A stretch of 64,000 nt of DNA, taken from Candidatus Omnitrophota bacterium (GTDB lineage Bacteria; Omnitrophota; Gorgyraeia; Duberdicusellales; 4484-171). The notes beneath the pieces were generated by a model. The model had not been told where the DNA came from. It saw only the letters and a list, made by a program, of their open reading frames with translations, and did no database searches. The stretch spans positions 33,363 to 97,362 of the forward strand of contig JBAZGN010000001.1 of NCBI GenBank assembly GCA_041652815.1, given 5' to 3'. The stretch's first letter is position 1. Every line of letters starts with the position of its first letter. Position numbers and translations under genes: made by a program. Below, piece after piece: positions 15,841-25,095 of the stretch.

Positions 15841-16425
15841 GTGAAAAAACCAGTAAAGATAACTCTCGATACCAGTATTTTCGTAAATCCCGATTCAAGA
15901 GTATTTTTTGGCCAAACCCCGGAGAATGCTTTGAAAAATTTTCTGGAAAAGCTGGAAAAACAAAATGATGTTTCCTGCTATATGCCTCCATCGGTTTATG
16001 AAGAACTGATGAAGTTTATGGAAAACAAACCCTCGCTCAAAGAAACGCTTCTTATCCAGAAGAAGCCGCCGGCCTCTTATGAAACGCCAATTCCTTCTAT
16101 ATTTCTGTATGAATTTATTGAAGAATTCCGGGCAAGAATAAATAAAGGCTTACGCATTGCCGAAAAATACGCAAGGCAGGAACTAAAAATAACGCCGCCG
16201 AAAGAAAAAACAGAAGAAGAAATAATAAAACGTTTAAGAGAAGAATACCGAGTGGCTCTTCGGGAAGGCATTATTGACAGTAAGGAAGATTTCGACCTTC
16301 TGCTTTTAGCTCGTGAGCTTGGCTCATTTCTAGCTACCTCAGACCAGGGCCTTGTAAAATGGGCACAAAAACTAGGCATACCCGCGCTATCCGCCGAGGA
16401 ACTAAAAGAAATTCTGGAGCATTAA
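15841..16425 (+). CDS. PIN-like protein resembling the HARP family (protein-only minimal RNase P, Aq_880-like)
   Basis: N-terminus ITLDTSIFVNP..., central YMPPSVYEEL, FLYEFIEEFRARINKGLRIAEK, C-terminal LATSDQGL; 194 aa, the size of HARP proteins. GTG start. Confidence 0.5.
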   Translation: MKKPVKITLDTSIFVNPDSRVFFGQTPENALKNFLEKLEKQNDVSCYMPPSVYEELMKFMENKPSLKETLLIQKKPPASYETPIPSIFLYEFIEEFRARINKGLRIAEKYARQELKITPPKEKTEEEIIKRLREEYRVALREGIIDSKEDFDLLLLARELGSFLATSDQGLVKWAQKLGIPALSAEELKEILEH

Positions 16426-16449
16426 ACATCGGCCTTCTTTTTTAATAAT

Positions 16450-18402
16450 ATGAAAAGCTATAAATTGACGCCTTTTTTTTCGACAACCGAAATAAATTAC
16501 GAAGAAAACCTAAACCCACAACAGTTAAAAGTCGTAAAAGAAGCTGACGGCCCTTCGCTTGTATTAGCAGGAGCAGGAAGCGGTAAAACCCGTGTGCTGA
16601 TTTACAGGCTTGCCTATTTACTCCAAAAAGGAGTTCCAGCCGAAAATATACTGCTTGTAACTTTTACAAACAAAGCTTCCAAAGAAATGATTCACCGGGC
16701 TGAAGTGCTCCTTAAATCAAGTTTATCCGGGCTTTGGGCTGGGACATTTCATCATGCCGGAAATATGATTTTAAGGCACGAGGCGCAAACTATAGGGTAC
16801 TCTGCAAACTTCACTATTATAGACAGGGAAGATTCAAAAGATTTGCTTGAGGATTGTATAGAAGAATTAGGTTATACAAAAGACGCAAAACTTTTTCCCA
16901 AAAAAGATATCATCTCAAATATTTACAGCATTTGCGTAAACTCGCTCAAGAAAGTAGAAGATGTAATTTGCGAAACCTACCCTCACATCGAGGAATATTC
17001 ATCTCATATCAAAAAAGTCCTTGCGCGGTATGAACAAAAGAAAAAACAAAGCAACACCATGGACTTTAATGATTTACTTAAATATTGGCTGGAAATTCTT
17101 AAGATAGACGCGCTTTGCAAAAAATATTCCGGAAATTTCAAATACATACTCGTTGATGAATATCAGGATACAAATCATATTCAGTTTGAAATAATCAAGC
17201 GCCTGGCATCAATCCATAAAAACATATTGGTCGTCGGAGACGACGCACAATCAATATATTCTTTTAGGGGCGCTGACATAAATAACCTTTTGGATTTTCC
17301 AAAAACTTTTGAAGGCGCAAAAATTTACAAGCTTGAAATAAATTATAGGTCTTCACCGCAAATTCTTTCATTAGCAAATAATATAATCACGCATAACATA
17401 AACCAGTTCCCCAAAGCCTTAAAGGCAGTTAAGGGCGCGGCGGAAAAACCACAAGCAGTAAAAACAAAAGATGTTTACGCGCAGGCAAAATTCGTAGCTC
17501 AGAAAGCGCTGGAACTGCACAACCAAGGCATACCGCTTCGCGAAATAGCCGTACTCTTTCGTTCGCACTTTCAGGTGTTGGAGCTGGAAATAGAACTAAT
17601 GAAAAGAAACATCCCCTATATTATGCGCGGTGGTGTGCGCTTCTTCGAACAGGCACACATAAAAGATGTTATGTCTTATCTTAAAATAATAAATAACCCC
17701 AATGATGAATTATCGTTTAAACGGGCGGTTTCGTTATATAAAGGAATAGGCAGAAGTTATGCTACAAAAATATGGAAAATGGTAGTTACCGAAAAAAAAT
17801 CCATAGATGAGGTGATAAAGGCGCTTCCCAAAAGACAGCAACAGGGCTTTCGTGAGTTTTCAAAAGTATTTGAAAAAATCAGGACTATTGAAAAACCCCA
17901 AAATGCCGTAAGAGAAATTTTATCTTTCTATAAAGACTACTGCTATCTTTCATTCGATAATCCCGACGACAGAATCCTTGACCTGGAAGAACTTGCAAAA
18001 ATGGCAGCGGATTATCCTACCGTAAGAAGGTTTCTTACTGAATTAAGTTCATTTGAAGAATTTAAAGGCGAGTCAATGCTGTCGGCAAACGAAAAAAGAG
18101 AATTCCTTACGCTTTCAACAATACATCAGGCAAAAGGCCTTGAGTGGGAAGCTGTATTTATCGTAGGCTTTAGCGATTATGAATTCCCCCATCCTAAAGC
18201 GCTGGGAAAAGACGAAGCCCTTGAAGAAGAAAGAAGGCTCTTTTACGTTGCAACCACAAGGGCTAAACAAGTGCTTTACATAACCTATCCGGAAGCAAAA
18301 TATACTTTTAAAAACGGGGTTATAATCTGCCGGCCGTCGATGTTCCTTAATGAAATACCCTTCTCGAATTACGAAGAGATGTATGTTGAGGATGATTTTT
18401 GA
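16450..18402 (+). CDS. UvrD/PcrA/Rep-family SF1 DNA helicase
   Basis: Motifs AGAGSGKT, TFTNKASKEM, VDEYQDTN, VGDDAQSIYSFRGA, TIHQAKGLEW, VATTRAKQVLY. Confidence 0.8.
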   Translation: MKSYKLTPFFSTTEINYEENLNPQQLKVVKEADGPSLVLAGAGSGKTRVLIYRLAYLLQKGVPAENILLVTFTNKASKEMIHRAEVLLKSSLSGLWAGTFHHAGNMILRHEAQTIGYSANFTIIDREDSKDLLEDCIEELGYTKDAKLFPKKDIISNIYSICVNSLKKVEDVICETYPHIEEYSSHIKKVLARYEQKKKQSNTMDFNDLLKYWLEILKIDALCKKYSGNFKYILVDEYQDTNHIQFEIIKRLASIHKNILVVGDDAQSIYSFRGADINNLLDFPKTFEGAKIYKLEINYRSSPQILSLANNIITHNINQFPKALKAVKGAAEKPQAVKTKDVYAQAKFVAQKALELHNQGIPLREIAVLFRSHFQVLELEIELMKRNIPYIMRGGVRFFEQAHIKDVMSYLKIINNPNDELSFKRAVSLYKGIGRSYATKIWKMVVTEKKSIDEVIKALPKRQQQGFREFSKVFEKIRTIEKPQNAVREILSFYKDYCYLSFDNPDDRILDLEELAKMAADYPTVRRFLTELSSFEEFKGESMLSANEKREFLTLSTIHQAKGLEWEAVFIVGFSDYEFPHPKALGKDEALEEERRLFYVATTRAKQVLYITYPEAKYTFKNGVIICRPSMFLNEIPFSNYEEMYVEDDF

Positions 18403-18878
18403 GAAGAAGAATCCAGGCTAAAAATATCCAGAATAACATCCGTATTGTTTGAATCTTCAAAAACCAATTCCATTTCAATATCAACAATATCTTCTTTGGC
18501 TGCGTCAATTCGGCCTTTATTTATAATAGGTAACAACGAAAATGCGGCAATTATGACTAAAGTAACAACGGCAATCTGCGGCCTGTAGGCTAAGGCAGAT
18601 ATCATGCCTTGTACGATAAAAACTATTCTTTCCATCAGGCTAGAAATAACCGATACTGGCTGAGTTTGCGTTTCTATTTGTTTTAAAATATCATTTAAGC
18701 TATCGCGCGAAATATCCACTTTTTCTTTTTCTGCAATACAAAGGAATTTATTTAAGCTTTCATAATTTTTGCTGCAGCGGCTGCAATGCAAAAAATGTTC
18801 TTCGATAGGCTTTCTTTCTTCTCCCTTTATTTCGTTATAGAAAAACAATAGCATTTGTTTCTTTGAAAGGCATTTCAT
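18369..18878 (-). CDS. Zinc-dependent (ZAS-type) anti-sigma factor with one TM helix
   Basis: HFLHCSRCSKNY contains HxxxCxxC; TM segment VTLVIIAAFSLLPI. Start taken at MKCLSKK (GGAGG RBS); directly downstream of the ECF sigma gene. Confidence 0.55.
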   Translation of the reverse strand: MKCLSKKQMLLFFYNEIKGEERKPIEEHFLHCSRCSKNYESLNKFLCIAEKEKVDISRDSLNDILKQIETQTQPVSVISSLMERIVFIVQGMISALAYRPQIAVVTLVIIAAFSLLPIINKGRIDAAKEDIVDIEMELVFEDSNNTDVILDIFSLDSSSQKSSSTYISS

Positions 18879-18945
18879 GATATAACCTCCATTAATGAGC
18901 ACATCATTTTTTCAAGTGTATCAACACGTAGAAAAAATGATAGTG

Positions 18946-19064
18946 CGAATTAACCCCCCACCACTTTTAGTGATGAGTAGTTTTTGTAAAACATTTCTTT
19001 TCTCTAAAACCAACCGCGTCTTACAACAAGATGCTTTCTAAAAGTGGTGGGGGGGTCGAATTCG
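18946..19064. repeat. Inverted repeat with 24-27 bp arms (cgaattaaccccccaccacttttag / ctaaaagtggtgggggggtcgaattcg) and a 67-bp spacer, between the sigma and anti-sigma genes
   Basis: Read directly from sequence; a duplicate copy sits at 25639-25757. Confidence 0.7.
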
Positions 19065-19107
19065 GCTACGCAAATTTTCTGCGCTTCTGGCTTGAAAATT
19101 TGCTGCC

Positions 19108-19659
19108 TCATTCGACCTCCATCTTTTTCTGCAAGGCGCCTACGGCTCGTTTTAAATGTGTCTTTACTGCGCTCTGAGAGCAGCCTATCGCGTTACTTAT
19201 CTCTGCCATGCTTAGCCCCTCATAGTGCCTTAATATAAATACATTTTTTTGCCTGGCCGGCAAATTTGAAATTTCTTTTCTTAATAATGCCTGCCTGTCT
19301 TTAAGGTCTAACTCTTCTTTCAAAGAAGCATTTTCAATTTTTGGCTCGCTTTTATATCTTGTGCCAAGATTAAATATACTGCGGCGCCGGCGTAAAAAAT
19401 CCAACGAAGTATTTATGCTTATCCGATAAATCCAGGTAGAAAGCTTTGAAGCATTTTTAAAATATTTAAGGCCGTTATGTATTTTTAAAAGCGAAACCTG
19501 CAAGGCGTCTTTTGCATCTTCCATATTTGCCAAATAACGGTAAGAAATATTTAGAATATCCGAATATATAAGCTTTGCCAGTTCAGAAAAGGCACTACTC
19601 TCACCGCCTATAAAACTATCCGCCAGCTTTTTTATATCTTCCTCTTTATGTTTAAGCAC
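19108..19659 (-). CDS. ECF (sigma-70 family group IV) RNA polymerase sigma factor
   Basis: Region 2 and region 4 features; C-terminal HTH LSMAEISNAIGCSQSAVKTHLKRA. Confidence 0.75.
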   Translation of the reverse strand: MLKHKEEDIKKLADSFIGGESSAFSELAKLIYSDILNISYRYLANMEDAKDALQVSLLKIHNGLKYFKNASKLSTWIYRISINTSLDFLRRRRSIFNLGTRYKSEPKIENASLKEELDLKDRQALLRKEISNLPARQKNVFILRHYEGLSMAEISNAIGCSQSAVKTHLKRAVGALQKKMEVE

Positions 19660-19667
19660 GTTTTATT

Positions 19668-20150
19668 TTATAAATTGTTTTCCATTGAACGATTCTTTCT
19701 GCGGTCTTGAATTCTATTTTTAAGCTCTTCATATTTCTGCGGGTCGTTTTCTTTAAGATAATTAAGCCGCTCTTTAAGATGCTCTCTTCTTTTGGCTTTT
19801 AACTCTTCATATTTTTGGGGATTGTTTTTCTTAAGTTCCGCAAGGCGGCTTCTTATCTTCGTTCTTGCCTCCTGTATCAGAGCTTTAAACTTTTCCGGGT
19901 CATTTTTTTCCAGAGCTTCAAGCTCTTGTTTTTTTGCAACAAGCTTTTCTTTTAAAATAGCTTTAAACTTTTCTTTATCGGTTTTTCTAAGCTCAATAAG
20001 CTCTTTTTTCTCGCTTTCCGGAAGCGCTTCAAAAACCAAAACTCTGGCTATTGCTTTTTCCCGGAAAGTATTTTTAGCATAAACGCTGTTTCCAAGAATA
20101 AAGATAACCATAAACAGAACCAGACAGATTCCAAAATATCTGATTTTCAT
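19668..20150 (-). CDS. Secreted coiled-coil repeat protein (periplasmic stress-protein-like)
   Basis: Signal peptide, then charged repeats (ENDPQKYEELK, KNDPEKFKALI, KNNPQKYEELK); immediately upstream of the ECF sigma gene in the same operon. Confidence 0.4.
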   Translation of the reverse strand: MKIRYFGICLVLFMVIFILGNSVYAKNTFREKAIARVLVFEALPESEKKELIELRKTDKEKFKAILKEKLVAKKQELEALEKNDPEKFKALIQEARTKIRSRLAELKKNNPQKYEELKAKRREHLKERLNYLKENDPQKYEELKNRIQDRRKNRSMENNL

Positions 20151-20199
20151 ACTATCACCTCGAATATTTAGACGGTTTAAAAGCGTAAAAAGTCTACCC

Positions 20200-20270
20200 C
20201 GTTACAGATAACAGAGTACAGAATACAGAATAATTTTTTATTTCTTCTCTGTTCTCTGTATCTATCGCGA
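20200..20270. repeat. Palindrome of 'acagagtacagaataca / tctctgttctctgtatct' units at the folE 3' end; duplicate copy at 26893-26963
   Basis: Read directly from sequence. Confidence 0.6.
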
Positions 20271-20822
20271 AGTAGAAATTAAGCTTAAAGCTTCCTGGCG
20301 GGTCTTTTGGTTTGTAAGAAAGATTCCCCTGACAACGGAAGTTGTAGTTAATGTCCCCGGTTTCTTCACCCCGCGCATTGACATGCAAAGATGCTCCGCT
20401 TCAATAACTACCATTACGCCTTTTGGTTTTAGTTTTTTCATAATTACATCGGCTACTTCTGTAGTTAAACGTTCCTGCACCTGAAGGCGCTTTGAAAGGA
20501 CATCCACAACCCTTGCTATTTTGCTTAAACCGGTTATGCGCTTATCGGGAATATAGGCAACGTGCGCTTTTCCTATAAAGGGAAGCATGTGGTGCTCGCA
20601 CATCGAATATAACGGTATTCCCTTCAAAAGTATAATTTCATCGTGCTTTTGCTCAAGGATAACTTCCAACTCTTCTTCTGCGTCCTTGAACTGCCCGCTT
20701 AAAATTTCTCCATACATTTCAGCTACCCGCGCAGGCGTTATCGCGATATCTTTCTTTGTTAAATCTGCGCCGAGTGCTTCCAAAATAAGCTTAACGCCTT
20801 GTTCGATTTTTTTCTTATCCAT
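20262..20822 (-). CDS. folE: GTP cyclohydrolase I
   Basis: CEHHMLPFIGKAHVAYIP, GLSKIARVV, RLQVQERLT, AEHLCMSMRGVKK; start taken at MDKKKIEQ (AGGAG RBS). The longer ORF extends into the palindromic element. Confidence 0.85.
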   Translation of the reverse strand: MDKKKIEQGVKLILEALGADLTKKDIAITPARVAEMYGEILSGQFKDAEEELEVILEQKHDEIILLKGIPLYSMCEHHMLPFIGKAHVAYIPDKRITGLSKIARVVDVLSKRLQVQERLTTEVADVIMKKLKPKGVMVVIEAEHLCMSMRGVKKPGTLTTTSVVRGIFLTNQKTRQEALSLISTSR

Positions 20823-20865
20823 CTTTTTGTACTCCTGTTTTATAGAAGCGGATTTCCGCGGATAT

Positions 20866-21273
20866 TTACGCGGATAGACACACGGCATTTAAACGCGCAA
20901 AGTCATAAACCCGTCTTACTATTTCAAGTTTTTTTGTACCAAAGTTTATTAAAAATCCTAACTTATAGTTAGAACCCCTTAGATAATACCAGAATTGTTT
21001 TTTATCTTCTTGAAGTAACATTGGTTTAACTTTAATCTCCATAATTATTTTATCATTTATTACAAAATCAGGAACATAGCTACCGACTTTTTCTCCTTTA
21101 TATAGAATATTAATTTGCTTTTGTTGTTCTACAGATAAATTTCTTTCCTTGAATTCTTTGACTAATGCTTTCTGAATTATTCCCTCCTTAAAAGCACTTC
21201 CGAAATGATTCCATACCTCAAAACATGCTCCTCTTATTTGATAAGATTCTTCTTCGTATAATAATTTACCCAT
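20866..21273 (-). CDS. GxxExxY-family small protein (PD-(D/E)XK-like fold family), nested between inverted arms of the gcggat element
   Basis: Conserved layout IRGACFEVWNHFGSAFKEG...YKGEKVGSYVPDFVINDKIIMEIKVKP...LGFLINFG typical of the GxxExxY family; flanked by arm1 (20843-20885) and arm2 (21282-21320). Confidence 0.6.
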   Translation of the reverse strand: MGKLLYEEESYQIRGACFEVWNHFGSAFKEGIIQKALVKEFKERNLSVEQQKQINILYKGEKVGSYVPDFVINDKIIMEIKVKPMLLQEDKKQFWYYLRGSNYKLGFLINFGTKKLEIVRRVYDFARLNAVCLSA

Positions 21274-21317
21274 ATTTCTGTGCGTTCATCCGCGTTTAGA
21301 TCCGCGGGAATCCGCTT

Positions 21318-22208
21318 CTATTTTAACAAATCTTCTGATTTTTCTACGCGCGCTTTCGCCTTAAAACTTTCGATTAATTTATTAACCTCTTGTTCGGTTT
21401 TGTCTTCCCGCAATGCGTCTTCAAGTTTTTTCTCTACGTCAGCGAAAGAAACCTCTCCACCGCCCTTTGCTTCTTCAACTTTTATTATATAATATTTGCC
21501 GTCATCGGCCTTGAAATAATTTGACAATCTTCCCGGCTCAACCGTAGCAATAGCTGCCCAAAATTTTGCGTTTTTTTGCAAATCTTCAAGCGAGGGAGTT
21601 AGCCAGCCGCGGTCTCCCCCCTTATCCCTGGAAGGCGCAACAGATTCCTGGCGGGCTATTTTCTCAAAATCTTCGCCCGTGAGTAACCTAACATAAATAT
21701 TCTTTGCATCAGCCTCGGAATTTACTGCTATTTCTCTAATCTTTATTTGGCGCGGTTCTTTAAAAAATTCCTTGTTTTTATCGTAAAAAGCGCGGACTTC
21801 TGCGTACGAAACGGTTACGCTTTTTTCTATATCTTTTCTAATTTTTGCCGCAAGCAGCGTGTCGCGCGTATCCCTCAATGCCCTTGCGATATCATCACTT
21901 TTATCAATTCCTTTTTCTGTAGCTATTTGAGCCAGTATTTGGTTCTTGATAAGGTCGTTAAGAAACTTAATTTTGAAGTCTGTGCTGTTTACGTTTATGT
22001 TTTGCTGGGTAGCTATTGGCTCTATGCTTCTTAAATAATTTTTAAAATCGTCCAAGCCTATCGCCCAACTATTTACTCTGGCGAGCAGCGCGCCGTGAAT
22101 AGCCACTTCTTCATTTGTTTCGGCTGGCTTCGGCGGAAAAACTTTATCACAGCCGATAAAAACTGCGATAAGAAATATAAGTGTAACAACTGGAAACGCC
22201 TTACGCAT
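21318..22208 (-). CDS. PrsA/SurA-like PPIase (duplicate copy)
   Basis: Identical translation to 14625..15515. Confidence 0.6.
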   Translation of the reverse strand: MRKAFPVVTLIFLIAVFIGCDKVFPPKPAETNEEVAIHGALLARVNSWAIGLDDFKNYLRSIEPIATQQNINVNSTDFKIKFLNDLIKNQILAQIATEKGIDKSDDIARALRDTRDTLLAAKIRKDIEKSVTVSYAEVRAFYDKNKEFFKEPRQIKIREIAVNSEADAKNIYVRLLTGEDFEKIARQESVAPSRDKGGDRGWLTPSLEDLQKNAKFWAAIATVEPGRLSNYFKADDGKYYIIKVEEAKGGGEVSFADVEKKLEDALREDKTEQEVNKLIESFKAKARVEKSEDLLK

Positions 22209-22533
22209 TGAACCTCCTCTATAGTTATAAGTTTATCAATATAACCTTATTAAATCAAGATTTTTTTTAAAAATAAATCCGGCCAGGAAACTCATCCCGT
22301 TTAGAGATTTATTCCTAACAGGATAAGCTGCATAATTTTTATCGTTGCCTTTGGGGCAAATTTAGTTTAGAATATAGCAATGAACCCAGCCCTTCCAAGG
22401 TGTTATACTTATCCAAACAGTATAGTAAATTTGTTAGGAACAAGGCTGGTTAGTTTAGGCTGCAAAAATAATTTTCAGAAATTTACCGTTTGAAATAATT
22501 CATAAAACACTACTCGAAAAAAGGAAGGGCTGG

Positions 22534-23118
22534 GTGAAAAAACCAGTAAAGATAACTCTCGATACCAGTATTTTCGTAAATCCCGATTCAAGAGTATTTT
22601 TTGGCCAAACCCCGGAGAATGCTTTGAAAAATTTTCTGGAAAAGCTGGAAAAACAAAATGATGTTTCCTGCTATATGCCTCCATCGGTTTATGAAGAACT
22701 GATGAAGTTTATGGAAAACAAACCCTCGCTCAAAGAAACGCTTCTTATCCAGAAGAAGCCGCCGGCCTCTTATGAAACGCCAATTCCTTCTATATTTCTG
22801 TATGAATTTATTGAAGAATTCCGGGCAAGAATAAATAAAGGCTTACGCATTGCCGAAAAATACGCAAGGCAGGAACTAAAAATAACGCCGCCGAAAGAAA
22901 AAACAGAAGAAGAAATAATAAAACGTTTAAGAGAAGAATACCGAGTGGCTCTTCGGGAAGGCATTATTGACAGTAAGGAAGATTTCGACCTTCTGCTTTT
23001 AGCTCGTGAGCTTGGCTCATTTCTAGCTACCTCAGACCAGGGCCTTGTAAAATGGGCACAAAAACTAGGCATACCCGCGCTATCCGCCGAGGAACTAAAA
23101 GAAATTCTGGAGCATTAA
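22534..23118 (+). CDS. HARP-like PIN protein (duplicate copy)
   Basis: Identical translation to 15841..16425. Confidence 0.5.
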   Translation: MKKPVKITLDTSIFVNPDSRVFFGQTPENALKNFLEKLEKQNDVSCYMPPSVYEELMKFMENKPSLKETLLIQKKPPASYETPIPSIFLYEFIEEFRARINKGLRIAEKYARQELKITPPKEKTEEEIIKRLREEYRVALREGIIDSKEDFDLLLLARELGSFLATSDQGLVKWAQKLGIPALSAEELKEILEH

Positions 23119-23142
23119 ACATCGGCCTTCTTTTTTAATAAT

Positions 23143-25095
23143 ATGAAAAGCTATAAATTGACGCCTTTTTTTTCGACAACCGAAATAAATTACGAAGAAA
23201 ACCTAAACCCACAACAGTTAAAAGTCGTAAAAGAAGCTGACGGCCCTTCGCTTGTATTAGCAGGAGCAGGAAGCGGTAAAACCCGTGTGCTGATTTACAG
23301 GCTTGCCTATTTACTCCAAAAAGGAGTTCCAGCCGAAAATATACTGCTTGTAACTTTTACAAACAAAGCTTCCAAAGAAATGATTCACCGGGCTGAAGTG
23401 CTCCTTAAATCAAGTTTATCCGGGCTTTGGGCTGGGACATTTCATCATGCCGGAAATATGATTTTAAGGCACGAGGCGCAAACTATAGGGTACTCTGCAA
23501 ACTTCACTATTATAGACAGGGAAGATTCAAAAGATTTGCTTGAGGATTGTATAGAAGAATTAGGTTATACAAAAGACGCAAAACTTTTTCCCAAAAAAGA
23601 TATCATCTCAAATATTTACAGCATTTGCGTAAACTCGCTCAAGAAAGTAGAAGATGTAATTTGCGAAACCTACCCTCACATCGAGGAATATTCATCTCAT
23701 ATCAAAAAAGTCCTTGCGCGGTATGAACAAAAGAAAAAACAAAGCAACACCATGGACTTTAATGATTTACTTAAATATTGGCTGGAAATTCTTAAGATAG
23801 ACGCGCTTTGCAAAAAATATTCCGGAAATTTCAAATACATACTCGTTGATGAATATCAGGATACAAATCATATTCAGTTTGAAATAATCAAGCGCCTGGC
23901 ATCAATCCATAAAAACATATTGGTCGTCGGAGACGACGCACAATCAATATATTCTTTTAGGGGCGCTGACATAAATAACCTTTTGGATTTTCCAAAAACT
24001 TTTGAAGGCGCAAAAATTTACAAGCTTGAAATAAATTATAGGTCTTCACCGCAAATTCTTTCATTAGCAAATAATATAATCACGCATAACATAAACCAGT
24101 TCCCCAAAGCCTTAAAGGCAGTTAAGGGCGCGGCGGAAAAACCACAAGCAGTAAAAACAAAAGATGTTTACGCGCAGGCAAAATTCGTAGCTCAGAAAGC
24201 GCTGGAACTGCACAACCAAGGCATACCGCTTCGCGAAATAGCCGTACTCTTTCGTTCGCACTTTCAGGTGTTGGAGCTGGAAATAGAACTAATGAAAAGA
24301 AACATCCCCTATATTATGCGCGGTGGTGTGCGCTTCTTCGAACAGGCACACATAAAAGATGTTATGTCTTATCTTAAAATAATAAATAACCCCAATGATG
24401 AATTATCGTTTAAACGGGCGGTTTCGTTATATAAAGGAATAGGCAGAAGTTATGCTACAAAAATATGGAAAATGGTAGTTACCGAAAAAAAATCCATAGA
24501 TGAGGTGATAAAGGCGCTTCCCAAAAGACAGCAACAGGGCTTTCGTGAGTTTTCAAAAGTATTTGAAAAAATCAGGACTATTGAAAAACCCCAAAATGCC
24601 GTAAGAGAAATTTTATCTTTCTATAAAGACTACTGCTATCTTTCATTCGATAATCCCGACGACAGAATCCTTGACCTGGAAGAACTTGCAAAAATGGCAG
24701 CGGATTATCCTACCGTAAGAAGGTTTCTTACTGAATTAAGTTCATTTGAAGAATTTAAAGGCGAGTCAATGCTGTCGGCAAACGAAAAAAGAGAATTCCT
24801 TACGCTTTCAACAATACATCAGGCAAAAGGCCTTGAGTGGGAAGCTGTATTTATCGTAGGCTTTAGCGATTATGAATTCCCCCATCCTAAAGCGCTGGGA
24901 AAAGACGAAGCCCTTGAAGAAGAAAGAAGGCTCTTTTACGTTGCAACCACAAGGGCTAAACAAGTGCTTTACATAACCTATCCGGAAGCAAAATATACTT
25001 TTAAAAACGGGGTTATAATCTGCCGGCCGTCGATGTTCCTTAATGAAATACCCTTCTCGAATTACGAAGAGATGTATGTTGAGGATGATTTTTGA
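23143..25095 (+). CDS. UvrD-family helicase (duplicate copy)
   Basis: Identical translation to 16450..18402. Confidence 0.8.
   Translation: MKSYKLTPFFSTTEINYEENLNPQQLKVVKEADGPSLVLAGAGSGKTRVLIYRLAYLLQKGVPAENILLVTFTNKASKEMIHRAEVLLKSSLSGLWAGTFHHAGNMILRHEAQTIGYSANFTIIDREDSKDLLEDCIEELGYTKDAKLFPKKDIISNIYSICVNSLKKVEDVICETYPHIEEYSSHIKKVLARYEQKKKQSNTMDFNDLLKYWLEILKIDALCKKYSGNFKYILVDEYQDTNHIQFEIIKRLASIHKNILVVGDDAQSIYSFRGADINNLLDFPKTFEGAKIYKLEINYRSSPQILSLANNIITHNINQFPKALKAVKGAAEKPQAVKTKDVYAQAKFVAQKALELHNQGIPLREIAVLFRSHFQVLELEIELMKRNIPYIMRGGVRFFEQAHIKDVMSYLKIINNPNDELSFKRAVSLYKGIGRSYATKIWKMVVTEKKSIDEVIKALPKRQQQGFREFSKVFEKIRTIEKPQNAVREILSFYKDYCYLSFDNPDDRILDLEELAKMAADYPTVRRFLTELSSFEEFKGESMLSANEKREFLTLSTIHQAKGLEWEAVFIVGFSDYEFPHPKALGKDEALEEERRLFYVATTRAKQVLYITYPEAKYTFKNGVIICRPSMFLNEIPFSNYEEMYVEDDF

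Larger units (their letters stand above)
14617..21309. repeat. Tandem duplication, copy 1 (6,693 bp)
   Basis: All eight ORF translations in this copy are identical to those 6,693 bp downstream; identity begins inside arm2 of the gcggat element. Confidence 0.9.

Noticed and set aside
16450-18402. UvrD-like helicase + PIN-like neighbour as a two-gene anti-phage defence module
   Set aside because: The helicase has the full canonical UvrD/PcrA motif set, and the PIN-like protein matches the housekeeping HARP RNase P pattern rather than a toxin-type PIN; the surrounding genes are housekeeping. A defence role is not supported.
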